NCBI GenBank assembly: GCA_003220795.1
Contig: QHTK01000058.1
Span: 756-64,755 of the forward strand
Length of the DNA: 64,000 bases
Origin: Gemmatimonadota bacterium
GTDB taxonomy: Bacteria; Gemmatimonadota; Gemmatimonadetes; Gemmatimonadales; GWC2-71-9
Direction of reading: 5' to 3'
In this document: positions 35,032 to 43,893 of the stretch, piece by piece
How positions within the stretch are numbered: the stretch's first letter is position 1
Layout: each line of letters begins with the position of its first letter
Program-made: the position numbers and the translations under genes
The notes under the pieces: model-generated
Told to the model about the DNA's origin: nothing
The model's database searches: none
The model's input: only the letters and a program-made list of their open reading frames with translations

Positions 35032-36018
35032 CTACGGCAGCTGCCAGATCTCGACGCGGTTCGCGGTGAGCACGGGAATGAGCACGCGGTTTCGCTTCGC
35101 GTCGTACCCGATGTCGGCCGGGCTCGGAATGCTCGTGACGAGCTTTACCTCCTGACCGGTCTCGTAGCTCGACACGGTGGAATCACTCCAGCTCGAGACG
35201 AGGATCTTGCCGCCGACGACCACGACGCCGTCGAACCCGCCAGGTCCCTTGGCGATCACAGTCGGCGCCTTGTCCTCCGGCTTCCACGCGAGCACCGATC
35301 GTCCACCGAATTCGACGATCACGAAGCGCTTGCCCACGGGGTCGAGCGCGATCCCGTTCGGCCGGCCCAGCGTGTCCCCCCGCACCGCCACCGTCACCTT
35401 GCGATCGGGGCCGATCCGGAACACCCGGTCCGGGCCCGGGTGCAGCACGTTCCCCACGTCGTCGAACTTGATGCCTGAGTCGGTGATGTAGAGCGCGCCC
35501 GTTTGCGCGATCGCGATGTCGTTCAGAAACACGGCGCCCAGCGTCGCAAGACTCACACTGTCGCGAGGGGCCCCGGTTCGGGCGTCGAACGCGCGCACGA
35601 CGTCGATGTCGGCCACCCAGAGCGTATCCCCCAGCAGCGCCAGCCCCTTCGGGGCGTGAAGCGTGACACCGTTGTGGCCGCCCTCGATGAACTTGAGGTT
35701 TTCGACCGCCCCGTCCGGCCGCACTCGGCTGATGAAGCCGTTGTCGTCCTTCGCCGTGGGGCTGCCGTTGATGTTTGAGACGAAATAGATGTCCTGCGCC
35801 GTGTCATGCAACACCGACTCCGGCGCGAGGAATCCTGCGATGGTGGCGACTCTCGTGGCGGCCGGAGGCGGCGGCGTGAGAGGCGGTGGCGCCGGCGACA
35901 CGTGGACGGCCGTGGAGTCCGCCGGCGTCCCCGGGGTCTGGGACGCGGACGGTCTCCTGACCGCGGGCTCGCAGGCCGCGCCCGCGGCGAGCAGCGCGCA
36001 CACCACGCTCCGCCTCAT
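35032..36018 (-). CDS. beta-propeller lipoprotein (SMP-30/gluconolactonase/NHL-like)
   Basis: It overlaps the EF-G paralogue by ATGA. The lipobox is LLAAGAC. Blade-like segments repeat (LYITDSG, PNGIALDP, LWVADI). The track ORF's N-terminal extension was rejected. Confidence 0.7.
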   Translation of the reverse strand: MRRSVVCALLAAGAACEPAVRRPSASQTPGTPADSTAVHVSPAPPPLTPPPPAATRVATIAGFLAPESVLHDTAQDIYFVSNINGSPTAKDDNGFISRVRPDGAVENLKFIEGGHNGVTLHAPKGLALLGDTLWVADIDVVRAFDARTGAPRDSVSLATLGAVFLNDIAIAQTGALYITDSGIKFDDVGNVLHPGPDRVFRIGPDRKVTVAVRGDTLGRPNGIALDPVGKRFVIVEFGGRSVLAWKPEDKAPTVIAKGPGGFDGVVVVGGKILVSSWSDSTVSSYETGQEVKLVTSIPSPADIGYDAKRNRVLIPVLTANRVEIWQLP

Positions 36019-38114
36019 GAGGCCTTCGCCTCCGCCATCTCTTTCTTGCGCGTCTCGATCAGCTTGTGGGCCACCTCCGCCGGCACTTCCTGGTAGACGT
36101 GGAATTTCGACCGGTACGTCCCCCGGCCGTGTGTCAGCGAGTGCAGCGCGGTTGCGTAGCGGTCGAGCTCCGCCTCGGGCACGAGCGCCTTCACTTTGGT
36201 GAGCCGGCCATCCTTTTCGGTGCCCATGATGTGGCCCCGTCGGGAAGAGAGGTCGCCCATCACGGCACCCTGATACTCGTCGGGCGTCCACACGTCGACT
36301 TCCAGGATGGGCTCGAGCAGCACCGGTTTGCAGTTCGGGCTCACGTTCCGGAACGCCAGGATGCCGGCCATCTTGAACGACATTTCGTTGGAGTCGACGT
36401 CGTGGTAGGAGCCGTCGTACAGCTCCACCTTGAAGTCCACCACCGGATACCCCGCCACCGGGCCGCGGGCCGCAGCCTCCTGAATACCGCGCTCCACCGC
36501 CGGGATATACTGGCGCGGGATCACGCCGCCGACGATCTCGTCCGCGAATTGTAACCCGGAGCCCCGGGGCAGCGGAGCAATGCGGATCCAACAGTCGCCG
36601 TACTGGCCGCGGCCGCCGGTCTGCTTCTTATGCTTCCCCTGGCCTTCGGCCTTCCCCCGGAACGTCTCGCGATAGGCGACTCGCGGCTTCGTGGTCACGG
36701 CGTGCACGCCGTACTTGCGCGCCAGCCGGCCCACGATGATTTCGAGATGCCGCTCGCCCAGCCCACGGATCAGCGTCTGTTGCAGCTCCGCGTTGTACTC
36801 GTGCTGGAAGGTCGGGTCCTCCTCGTGCAGCTTGTGCAGGCCGTTCGAGAGCTTCTCTTCCTCGCCGCGCTGCTTGACTTCGATCGCCACGGTGATGACG
36901 GGCTCCGGGAACGGGATCTTGCGCAGCACGATCGGCGCCTCCCGGGTGGACAGCGTGTCGTTCGTGTGCGTGTCGCGCAGCTTCGCGACGACCCCGATGT
37001 CGCCGGCGTGCAGCTCGGCGATCTCGAAGCGGTCCTTCCCGACGTTGACGCACAAGTGGTTCAGCTTCTCGACCGCGGAGCGGGGGGCGTTATACACGTC
37101 CTGCCCGTTGCGCACCGCGCCGGAATAGACGCGAAAGTAGGTCACATCTCCCACGTGCGGCTCGGACATCGTCTTGAACACCTGCGCGACGAACGGCCCG
37201 CCATCCTCCGCCCGCAGCATGATCCGCTCGGCGCTACCCCACTTCTGGGCCTCGACCGGGGGGCGCTCGTCGGGCGCGGGGAAGAGCTCCACCATTTTGG
37301 ACAAGAGGGCGCGCGTCCCGTACGTCAGCTCCGCCGCGCCGCAGAACAGCGGGAATAACTCGCCGTGCGCCATCCCCGCCTTCATGGCGGCGATCGCCTC
37401 ATCCCGCCCGATCTCCTCGCCGCCCAGGTAGCGCTCGAGCAGGGTGTCGTCGGTCTCGGCGATGCGCTCGATCAGCTCCTTCGAGTACCGGTCGAACCGC
37501 TCGCGGTACTCCTCCGGGACGTCCACCTCCTCGTACTCGCCCGCCTTCGTCCCCTTCTTGTACAGGTGACACTTCTTCGAAAACAGATTGATGATCCCGT
37601 GGAAGTCGGGGCCTTCGCCCACGGGGATCTCCACCGGGATCACCTTCGGCGTCAGCTGCCGCTTGATCTGCTCGTACACCCGCTCGAAGCCGGCGTGCTC
37701 CTTGTCCATCAAGGAGACGAAAAACAGCCGCGGGATCCCGCGCCCCTCACAGTAGTCCCACACCTTCTCGGTGCCCACCTCGACCCCACCGGTGGCCGAG
37801 ACGACCACCACGGCGCCGTCCGCCGCGTACACGCCCGCCAGCGCCTCCCCCGTGAAGTCGAGATAGCCGGGTGTGTCGATGAGGTTGAGCTTGGTGTCCA
37901 TCCATTCGGCGACCGCCAAGGCGAGATTGATGGAGTACTTGCGCTCGATTTCGTCGGGAGTGTAATCGGTGAGAGCCGTGCCGTCCTTCACGGCGCCGTG
38001 GCGTTTGCTGGTACCGGCCACGAACGCGAGCGCGTCGACCAGTGAGGTCTTGCCGCTCGCGCCGTGGCCCACGACCGCGACGTTGCGAATCTCCGGTGTC
38101 TTGTACACGCGCAT
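36015..38114 (-). CDS. elongation factor G paralogue (EF-G2-like translational GTPase)
   Basis: The G1 motif is VVGHGASGKTSL and G3 is LIDTPGYLDF. The 699-aa product covers all EF-G domains II-V (GDIGVV, HEEDPTF, PVVDFKVELYDGSYHDVDS). Its P-loop differs from the canonical AHIDAGKTT. Confidence 0.92.
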   Translation of the reverse strand: MRVYKTPEIRNVAVVGHGASGKTSLVDALAFVAGTSKRHGAVKDGTALTDYTPDEIERKYSINLALAVAEWMDTKLNLIDTPGYLDFTGEALAGVYAADGAVVVVSATGGVEVGTEKVWDYCEGRGIPRLFFVSLMDKEHAGFERVYEQIKRQLTPKVIPVEIPVGEGPDFHGIINLFSKKCHLYKKGTKAGEYEEVDVPEEYRERFDRYSKELIERIAETDDTLLERYLGGEEIGRDEAIAAMKAGMAHGELFPLFCGAAELTYGTRALLSKMVELFPAPDERPPVEAQKWGSAERIMLRAEDGGPFVAQVFKTMSEPHVGDVTYFRVYSGAVRNGQDVYNAPRSAVEKLNHLCVNVGKDRFEIAELHAGDIGVVAKLRDTHTNDTLSTREAPIVLRKIPFPEPVITVAIEVKQRGEEEKLSNGLHKLHEEDPTFQHEYNAELQQTLIRGLGERHLEIIVGRLARKYGVHAVTTKPRVAYRETFRGKAEGQGKHKKQTGGRGQYGDCWIRIAPLPRGSGLQFADEIVGGVIPRQYIPAVERGIQEAAARGPVAGYPVVDFKVELYDGSYHDVDSNEMSFKMAGILAFRNVSPNCKPVLLEPILEVDVWTPDEYQGAVMGDLSSRRGHIMGTEKDGRLTKVKALVPEAELDRYATALHSLTHGRGTYRSKFHVYQEVPAEVAHKLIETRKKEMAEAKAS

Positions 38115-38184
38115 CGCGCAGGCAGCTCCGGCAGGGGATCAGGAGAATATGAGGCGGCAAACAGTGACTAGGCTAGACTCCCGC

Positions 38185-39387
38185 TCACTCAAGCGGTTCA
38201 CCACGGTGCGTCTGTGCGTCTAGCCGTTGCATCTCCTGTAACTGCACACTGCTCACGCCTGCTACCACCATGATCGCGCCCGCCAGCATGAACACCGTCC
38301 GCTGTCCCAGCCCGTCGTACGCCCAGCCGGCGCCGAGGGGGCCGACGCTCCGGCCGAGCGCGGCGAACGCCTGCGCGGCGCCGAGGATCGTGCCTTGCTC
38401 CGTGGGGTCGGCATAGATGGAAACGAGCCCCGAGGCCGCCGGCGCGAACAGACTGTTCGCGAAGGCGAGCGGGACCGTCAGGATGTAGAGCTGGAGACTG
38501 TTCATGGCGTACGGCACGGCGGCGATGCTCGCCGCCATCCCGAACAGCCCGACGATCAGCAGGGCGCGCGCCCCGGTGTGCCGCTCGAGACGCCCGAACA
38601 GAAACCCCTGCACGGCCGCGGCGATCACACCGATTACCACGAACAGCCAGCCGAGCTCCTTCGCGCCCCAGCTCAAAGCCTGGGTCGCGTGCAACGGCAA
38701 CGCCACGGTGTAGCCCGCGAAGGAAAATGGGGCGAGGAACCACACGAGCATGAGCGGCCGCAGCCGCTCGCGCCGCAGCGCCTCGCTCATGTGCCCGAGA
38801 TCGAACAGCGGCCGCTCCCGCCGGTGCTCGGCGGCGAGCGACTCGCGCAGGATCACACTCGCCGAGACGAAGTTGATCAGCGAGAGCCCGGCCGCGATGA
38901 GACCGGGGGCGCGGTGCCCCAGGTAGTGGTCCGCGAGCCCGCCGATCATCGGGCCCAGCACGAACCCAATTCCGAACGCCGCGCCGATCGTGCCCATACC
39001 GCGGGCCCGCTCGGCGGGCGGCGTGATGTCCGCCACGTACGCCTGCGCCACCGAGATGTTGCCGCTCGCGAAGCCCGAGATCACGCGTGCGATGAACAGC
39101 AGCGCGTACGAGGGGGCGAACGCGAACAACACGTAGCCGGCGGCATTGAACAACATCGTCGTGAGGAGGATCGGCCGCCGGCCGATCCGGTCCGACAACC
39201 GCCCGAGCAGCGCCGTCGCGACGAACTGCATCGCCGAGAAGACGAACACGAGGGCCCCATAGCCGAGCCCCTGCGCTCCGAAGCGTTGCGCGTACAGCGG
39301 CAGGATCGGCATGATAATCCCGAAGCCGATCAGGTCGATCAGGACCGTGAGAAAGATCACGCCGAGTCGGGAGCGGCTCGCGGCCAT
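38185..39387 (-). CDS. MFS transporter, Tet/TCR-like drug:H+ antiporter family
   Basis: It has 12 TM segments. The motif-A region GRLSDRIGRRPILL and the N-terminus VLIDLIGFGIIMPILP resemble TetA-class pumps. Confidence 0.9.
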   Translation of the reverse strand: MAASRSRLGVIFLTVLIDLIGFGIIMPILPLYAQRFGAQGLGYGALVFVFSAMQFVATALLGRLSDRIGRRPILLTTMLFNAAGYVLFAFAPSYALLFIARVISGFASGNISVAQAYVADITPPAERARGMGTIGAAFGIGFVLGPMIGGLADHYLGHRAPGLIAAGLSLINFVSASVILRESLAAEHRRERPLFDLGHMSEALRRERLRPLMLVWFLAPFSFAGYTVALPLHATQALSWGAKELGWLFVVIGVIAAAVQGFLFGRLERHTGARALLIVGLFGMAASIAAVPYAMNSLQLYILTVPLAFANSLFAPAASGLVSIYADPTEQGTILGAAQAFAALGRSVGPLGAGWAYDGLGQRTVFMLAGAIMVVAGVSSVQLQEMQRLDAQTHRGEPLE

Positions 39388-39521
39388 ACGGGCTACAATC
39401 TACCCTCCGAGGGAGCCGTCGAGCGCGCCGCGTGATGCGGGTCACGTTGACGACGGGAACCGACTGTTAACGTCGCGTCCGTCGTCCTAGTCTCATCCGT
39501 GAACCTCTACCGAGGACTCTT

Positions 39522-39950
39522 ATGCGAGGCCGATTCGCGCTCTTGATCGCTCTGGGGCTTGCCCTGAGCGTGCCCGCCGTCATGTCAGCACAGGCTGTGG
39601 GTGATTCCGATGGAAAGAAGGTCCGGAAGGACATCCGGCACGACCGCCGCGAGCTGCACGGCGATCGCACGGACATCCGGCACGACACCAGAGACATTCG
39701 CCAGGATCGCCGGGACATCCGGCAGGACCGGCGCGACGTGCGTGAGGACGTGAAGGAAGGCGACCTGAAGGACGCGCGTCAGGACCGGCGCGAGCTGCGC
39801 GGCGATCGCCGCGACCTGCGCCAGGACCGCCGCGATCGTCGCCACGACGTGCGCGACGCACACGCCGACCGCCGCGACCTGCGGCAGGACCGGAAGGACG
39901 TCCACCAAGATCAGGAGCACCAGCAACAGAAGAAGGACAGCACCCGCTGA
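39522..39950 (+). CDS. secreted, highly charged heptad-repeat protein (D/R/H/Q-rich)
   Basis: The signal peptide MRGRFALLIALGLALSVPAVMSAQA is followed by about 14 heptads of the type DRRD(I/L/V)RQ, encoded by degenerate 21-nt DNA repeats. Confidence 0.6.
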   Translation: MRGRFALLIALGLALSVPAVMSAQAVGDSDGKKVRKDIRHDRRELHGDRTDIRHDTRDIRQDRRDIRQDRRDVREDVKEGDLKDARQDRRELRGDRRDLRQDRRDRRHDVRDAHADRRDLRQDRKDVHQDQEHQQQKKDSTR

Positions 39951-40074
39951 GCGCCGTACCGCCGGAGTAGCCGGTTACGCGGCTACTCCGGCGCGTCGTT
40001 CCTTCCCCTCTCAGACTCGCCCCCCCGCTCCCCGACGGGTAAGTTCGATGCAACAAACACGGCAGGAGCACCCA

Positions 40075-40485
40075 ATGTACGCTCGATCGACCCCCGTGCC
40101 GCTCGCCGTCGTGGCGGCGTTCGTGCTCGCGGGCTGCGGCGGCGGCGCCGGCAGCCAGGCGGGCCACGAGCCGGTCCCCGTTCGCTCGACCGACGTCGTC
40201 ACGCAAGAGGAGCTGGGCAGAGTCGCCACGGCGTCGACGTTGTACGAGGCGCTGCACGCCTTGCGACCGGGCTGGTTCCGTCGCAATCCGACGACGCTCC
40301 GCCCCCAGACCGAAGGCGACGTCGTCGTTTATGTCGACCAAAGCCGCCTGGGGGGCCCGGAAGCGCTCCGCACGCTGCAGGTGAACGCCGCGGTCGCGAT
40401 CCGTCACTACAGCGCGTCCGAGGCGGAAGCCCGTTTCGGCCCCGGACACCTGCACGGCGCCATTCAAGTCGTCACCTCACGGTGA
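40075..40485 (+). CDS. hypothetical lipoprotein
   Basis: AGGAG lies 7 nt upstream of ATG 40075. The lipobox is FVLAGC. I recognise no family. Confidence 0.55.
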   Translation: MYARSTPVPLAVVAAFVLAGCGGGAGSQAGHEPVPVRSTDVVTQEELGRVATASTLYEALHALRPGWFRRNPTTLRPQTEGDVVVYVDQSRLGGPEALRTLQVNAAVAIRHYSASEAEARFGPGHLHGAIQVVTSR

Positions 40486-41555
40486 CGCTGCTGCTGCTCC
40501 TCGCGGCGCTCCAAGGGGACACCGCGACCTTCACGATCGCCGACTTCCGGTTCGCGAGCGGAGAGACCCTGCCGGTCCTGCGGCTCCACTATCGGACGCT
40601 CGGACGGCCCGAGCGCGACGCGCGCGGGATCGTGCGCAACGCCGTGCTCATTCTCCATGGCACCGGGGGCTCGGGCAGCCAGTTCCTGTCGCCGCTCTTC
40701 GCCGGGGAACTGTACGGCCCCCGTCAGCCACTCGACACGGCCACCCATTATCTCATCCTGCCGGATAACATCGGTCATGGAGCGTCGAGCAAGCCGAGCG
40801 ACGGGCTCAAGGCCCGGTTCCCGCACTACACCTACGCGGACATGGTCGCGGCGCAGTACCGGCTGGTGACCGAGGGGCTGCACGTCGATCGCTTGCTGCT
40901 GGTCATGGGCACGTCCATGGGGTGCATGCACGCGTGGCTGTGGGCGGAGCGGCATCCCGACTTCATGGACGGCGTGGTGCCGCTCGCCTGCGCGCCCACG
41001 CAGATCGCCGGCCGGAACCGCATGATGCGCAGCATGATCATCGAGGACATCCGCGGCGACCCGGAGTGGCGGGCCGGCGACTACCTGCAGCAGCCGCGGG
41101 GACTGGTCGCCGCCTTGCAGATCCTGTTTCTCATGGGATCGAGCCCGCTCCCCCTGCAACGCGCCGCGCCGACGCGCGACTCGGCGGACGCCTACATCGC
41201 GCGCTGGCTGCACGACCGGCTCGCCGCGGCCGATGCGAACGACATGCTGTACCAGTTCGCGGCGTCGCGCGATTACGACCCGAGCCCCGATCTCGGTCGC
41301 ATCACGGCCCCGGTCCTCGCCATCAATTCCGCGGACGACCTGATCAATCCGCCCGAGCTCGAGATCGTGCAGCGGCTGATGCGGAGCGTGAAATCGGGTC
41401 GCTTCGTCCTGATTCCGACGAGCGAGCTGACGCGCGGCCACGGCACCCACACCGTCGCGGCGGCGTGGAAACAGTACTTCGCGCCGTTCGTCGCTTCCCT
41501 CGAGCGGTCACGCGAGGCGCCCGCCCCGCCCGGCCGGCCCGGCCCCAGGCGATGA
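40482..41555 (+). CDS. alpha/beta hydrolase (homoserine O-acetyltransferase/MetX-like fold)
   Basis: It overlaps the upstream gene by GTGA. The motifs are VLILHGTGGSG, the nucleophile elbow GTSMGCMH, and a distal SADD...HG. Confidence 0.8.
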   Translation: MTLLLLLAALQGDTATFTIADFRFASGETLPVLRLHYRTLGRPERDARGIVRNAVLILHGTGGSGSQFLSPLFAGELYGPRQPLDTATHYLILPDNIGHGASSKPSDGLKARFPHYTYADMVAAQYRLVTEGLHVDRLLLVMGTSMGCMHAWLWAERHPDFMDGVVPLACAPTQIAGRNRMMRSMIIEDIRGDPEWRAGDYLQQPRGLVAALQILFLMGSSPLPLQRAAPTRDSADAYIARWLHDRLAAADANDMLYQFAASRDYDPSPDLGRITAPVLAINSADDLINPPELEIVQRLMRSVKSGRFVLIPTSELTRGHGTHTVAAAWKQYFAPFVASLERSREAPAPPGRPGPRR

Positions 41556-41965
41556 CGGTCGCCGTCGGCCAGAAGGCCCGGCGCAGCCTCACGCTCTCGG
41601 CGGAGCACGTCGCGACGTACGCACGCCTCACCGGCGACTACAACCCGCTGCACTTCGACGCGGCGTTCGCCGCGAAGACAAAGTTCAAGACGCTGGTCGT
41701 GCAGGGCGGGCTCACGACGGGCCTGCTGCACGCCCTCGTGGCCATGGACCTCCCCGGGCCCGGCACCGTGTTCCTGAGTCAGCACTGGAAGTTCACAGCC
41801 CCGGTCTACGTCGGAGACACGATCACGGCCGACGCCGAGGTGGTGAGCGTCCACGCGACGAAGCCCGTCTGTCGGCTGCGTATTACGGTCACGCGGCAGA
41901 CCGGCGAAACCGTGCTCGAAGGAGAGGCGTGGTGCTACACCTTCCTTGACGACGACCGGACGTGA
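41552..41965 (+). CDS. MaoC-like (R)-specific enoyl-CoA hydratase, hot-dog fold
   Basis: It overlaps the upstream gene by ATGA. The motifs are YARLTGDYNPLHFD and VVQGGLTTGL. Confidence 0.85.
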   Translation: MTVAVGQKARRSLTLSAEHVATYARLTGDYNPLHFDAAFAAKTKFKTLVVQGGLTTGLLHALVAMDLPGPGTVFLSQHWKFTAPVYVGDTITADAEVVSVHATKPVCRLRITVTRQTGETVLEGEAWCYTFLDDDRT

Positions 41966-41968
41966 CGG

Positions 41969-43852
41969 TCAGCGGTACCCCGCCGCCTGCAGCCCGAACA
42001 GCTCCGCGTACAACCCGCCTCTCCCCACCAGCTCGTCGTGCGTTCCCTGATCGATCAGCTCCCCGCCCTGGAGGACGAGGATGCGATCGGCCATCCGCAC
42101 CGTGGAAAAGCGATGCGAGATAAGCACCGCCATCCGCCCCCTCGTGAGCTCGGCAAACCGTAAGAACACCTCATACTCCGCGCGGGCGTCGAGCGACGCC
42201 GTCGGCTCGTCGAGGATCAGCACCTGGGCGTCGCGCATGTAGGCGCGCCCCAGCGCCACCTTCTGCCACTCGCCCCCCGACAGCTCCACACCCCCATCGA
42301 AGCGGCGGCCCAGCATCTGGTCGTAGCCGTGCTCCAGCCGCCCGGCCACCGAGTCGGCGAGGCTGCGGCGCGCCGCCTCGCGGATGCGCGCCTCGTCCTC
42401 CAGCCGCTCGATCTGGCTGACGCCGATGTTCTCCTTCATCACGAAGTCGTAGCGCACGAAGTCCTGGAAGATCACCCCGATGTTGGTGCGCAGGCTGCCC
42501 AGGTCGTAGTCCCGCAGGTCGACGCCGTCGAGCAGGATGCGGCCCTCGTCCGGGTCGTACAACCGGGCCAGGAGCTTCACCAGCGTCGTCTTCCCCGCCC
42601 CGTTCTCGCCTACCAGCGCGATGCGCTCGCCGCACTCGAGCGTGAAGGACAGGTGCCGCACCGCCCAGCGGTCCGATCCCGGATAGCGGAACCCCACGTC
42701 CTGAAACTCGAAGCCCCGGCGGATCGGCACCGGCACCGGCCGCGCTCCGGGACGAGAAGTCACCCGGGGACGCACGTCGAAGAACGTGAACAGGTCGGAC
42801 AGATAGAGGCTCTGCTCCCACACCTGCGACAGCGAGAGCAGGACCCGTTGGATTAGGTCCCGGCTCTGGCGAAACGAGCCCGCCAGGAACGTGAGAGCGC
42901 CGATCGTGAAGTGGCTCAGCACCGTGAGATAGACGATTACCGCGTAGGCGCCGTAGTAGCCGAGCGTACCGATGGTGACGAACAGCGTGGAGACGAGGTT
43001 CCGCCGCACGGCGAGCCGCTTGTTCGCCTCGTAGAACTCGTCCGAGAGCTTGGCGTAGCGGCCCACCAGGAAGTCCGACAGGTCGAAGAGCTTGACCTCC
43101 TTCGCCATCTCGTCCGAGGCCCCGACGTAGCGCAGGTAGTCGAGCAGCCGCCGCTCCGGCGTCCAGGAGAAGAGCAGTGAGTAGCCGAGAGCCGCGTAGT
43201 GCGTCTCGCCCAGAAACGACGGCAGCACCGCGACGACGAGCAGCAACAGGAGCCAGGGGAGCTGCACCAGCAGCACGCCGCCGAGCGAGGCGAGCGTGAT
43301 GATGTCCTGTCCCGTGGAGAGCAGCAGGGCGATCAGGCCGATGCGCCCCACCGTCTGGCGCCGCGCCCGCTCCAGGTGGTCGTACGTTTCCGGGTCCTCG
43401 TACTGGGCGAGATCGAGGGTGGCCGCGTGCTGCATCAGGCGCACGCTGATGCGGTTCGAGAACAGATCACCCAGCAGGCTCTCGAGCAGCGAGGACAGTC
43501 GGGCCAGCCCTTCCCCCGCGACCGCGATGCCGAGCTCCAGCGCGACCAGACCGCCGAGATGCCACCAGTCGATGCCGCCCCCGCCGGCCCGCAGCCGCAC
43601 CGCCGCGATCACGCCGTCGATGATCAGCTTGCCGATCCACAGCACGGCCAGCGGCACGAACGACCGCACCACCCGCAGGACGAGGATCGCCACGGTATAG
43701 CCGCGGTGCGTCTCGTATACGAGCTTGAGGAGCGGGGGCACGTACTTGAGCGCCTGCAGCCGCTCGTCCCACGTAGGCGGCTTGCCGTCCCGACCCGGCA
43801 CGCTGATGCGTCGCGTAGGGATACCGTGCGGGGTGAAACGTGGCGCGGTCAC
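41969..43852 (-). CDS. ABC exporter, fused permease/ATPase (MsbA-like type I exporter)
   Basis: Six TM segments are followed by an NBD with Walker A (GENGAGKTT), the signature LSGGEWQKV and Walker B (ILILDEPT). Confidence 0.92.
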   Translation of the reverse strand: MTAPRFTPHGIPTRRISVPGRDGKPPTWDERLQALKYVPPLLKLVYETHRGYTVAILVLRVVRSFVPLAVLWIGKLIIDGVIAAVRLRAGGGGIDWWHLGGLVALELGIAVAGEGLARLSSLLESLLGDLFSNRISVRLMQHAATLDLAQYEDPETYDHLERARRQTVGRIGLIALLLSTGQDIITLASLGGVLLVQLPWLLLLLVVAVLPSFLGETHYAALGYSLLFSWTPERRLLDYLRYVGASDEMAKEVKLFDLSDFLVGRYAKLSDEFYEANKRLAVRRNLVSTLFVTIGTLGYYGAYAVIVYLTVLSHFTIGALTFLAGSFRQSRDLIQRVLLSLSQVWEQSLYLSDLFTFFDVRPRVTSRPGARPVPVPIRRGFEFQDVGFRYPGSDRWAVRHLSFTLECGERIALVGENGAGKTTLVKLLARLYDPDEGRILLDGVDLRDYDLGSLRTNIGVIFQDFVRYDFVMKENIGVSQIERLEDEARIREAARRSLADSVAGRLEHGYDQMLGRRFDGGVELSGGEWQKVALGRAYMRDAQVLILDEPTASLDARAEYEVFLRFAELTRGRMAVLISHRFSTVRMADRILVLQGGELIDQGTHDELVGRGGLYAELFGLQAAGYR

Positions 43853-43893
43853 GACCTTAACTTCCCTCAGAGGCTGTGCGTCAATATAACCGT

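Noticed and set aside
35032-36591. Long N-terminal extensions of several track ORFs: 35032..36591, 3806..4954, 59824..60840, 59462..60157, 61720..63108, 43876, 40048, 55960 and 56288.
   Set aside because: The extensions overlap upstream genes or promoter elements and are Arg/Pro/Gly-rich. They precede an internal start that gives a proper signal peptide, an RBS or a 4-nt coupling overlap. The starts were trimmed accordingly.
38198-39445. A 415-aa minus-strand ORF in another frame of the MFS gene, and the plus-strand ORF 38395..39435.
   Set aside because: The 38185..39387 frame gives 12 hydrophobic helices and MFS motif A. The alternative frames give Arg-rich hydrophilic strings.
39600-39930. 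The possibility that the 21-nt repeats, or the heptamer arrays elsewhere, represent a CRISPR array.
   Set aside because: The units are far too short (7-21 nt), contiguous and degenerate, with no unique spacers, and there are no cas genes in the window. The 21-nt repeats are in frame within a coding sequence.
39580-40467. Minus-strand ORFs across the charged-repeat gene (39580..40467 and 39585..39926).
   Set aside because: They exist because the 21-nt repeats lack stops in several frames. Only the plus-strand frame has a signal peptide and a start-codon context.
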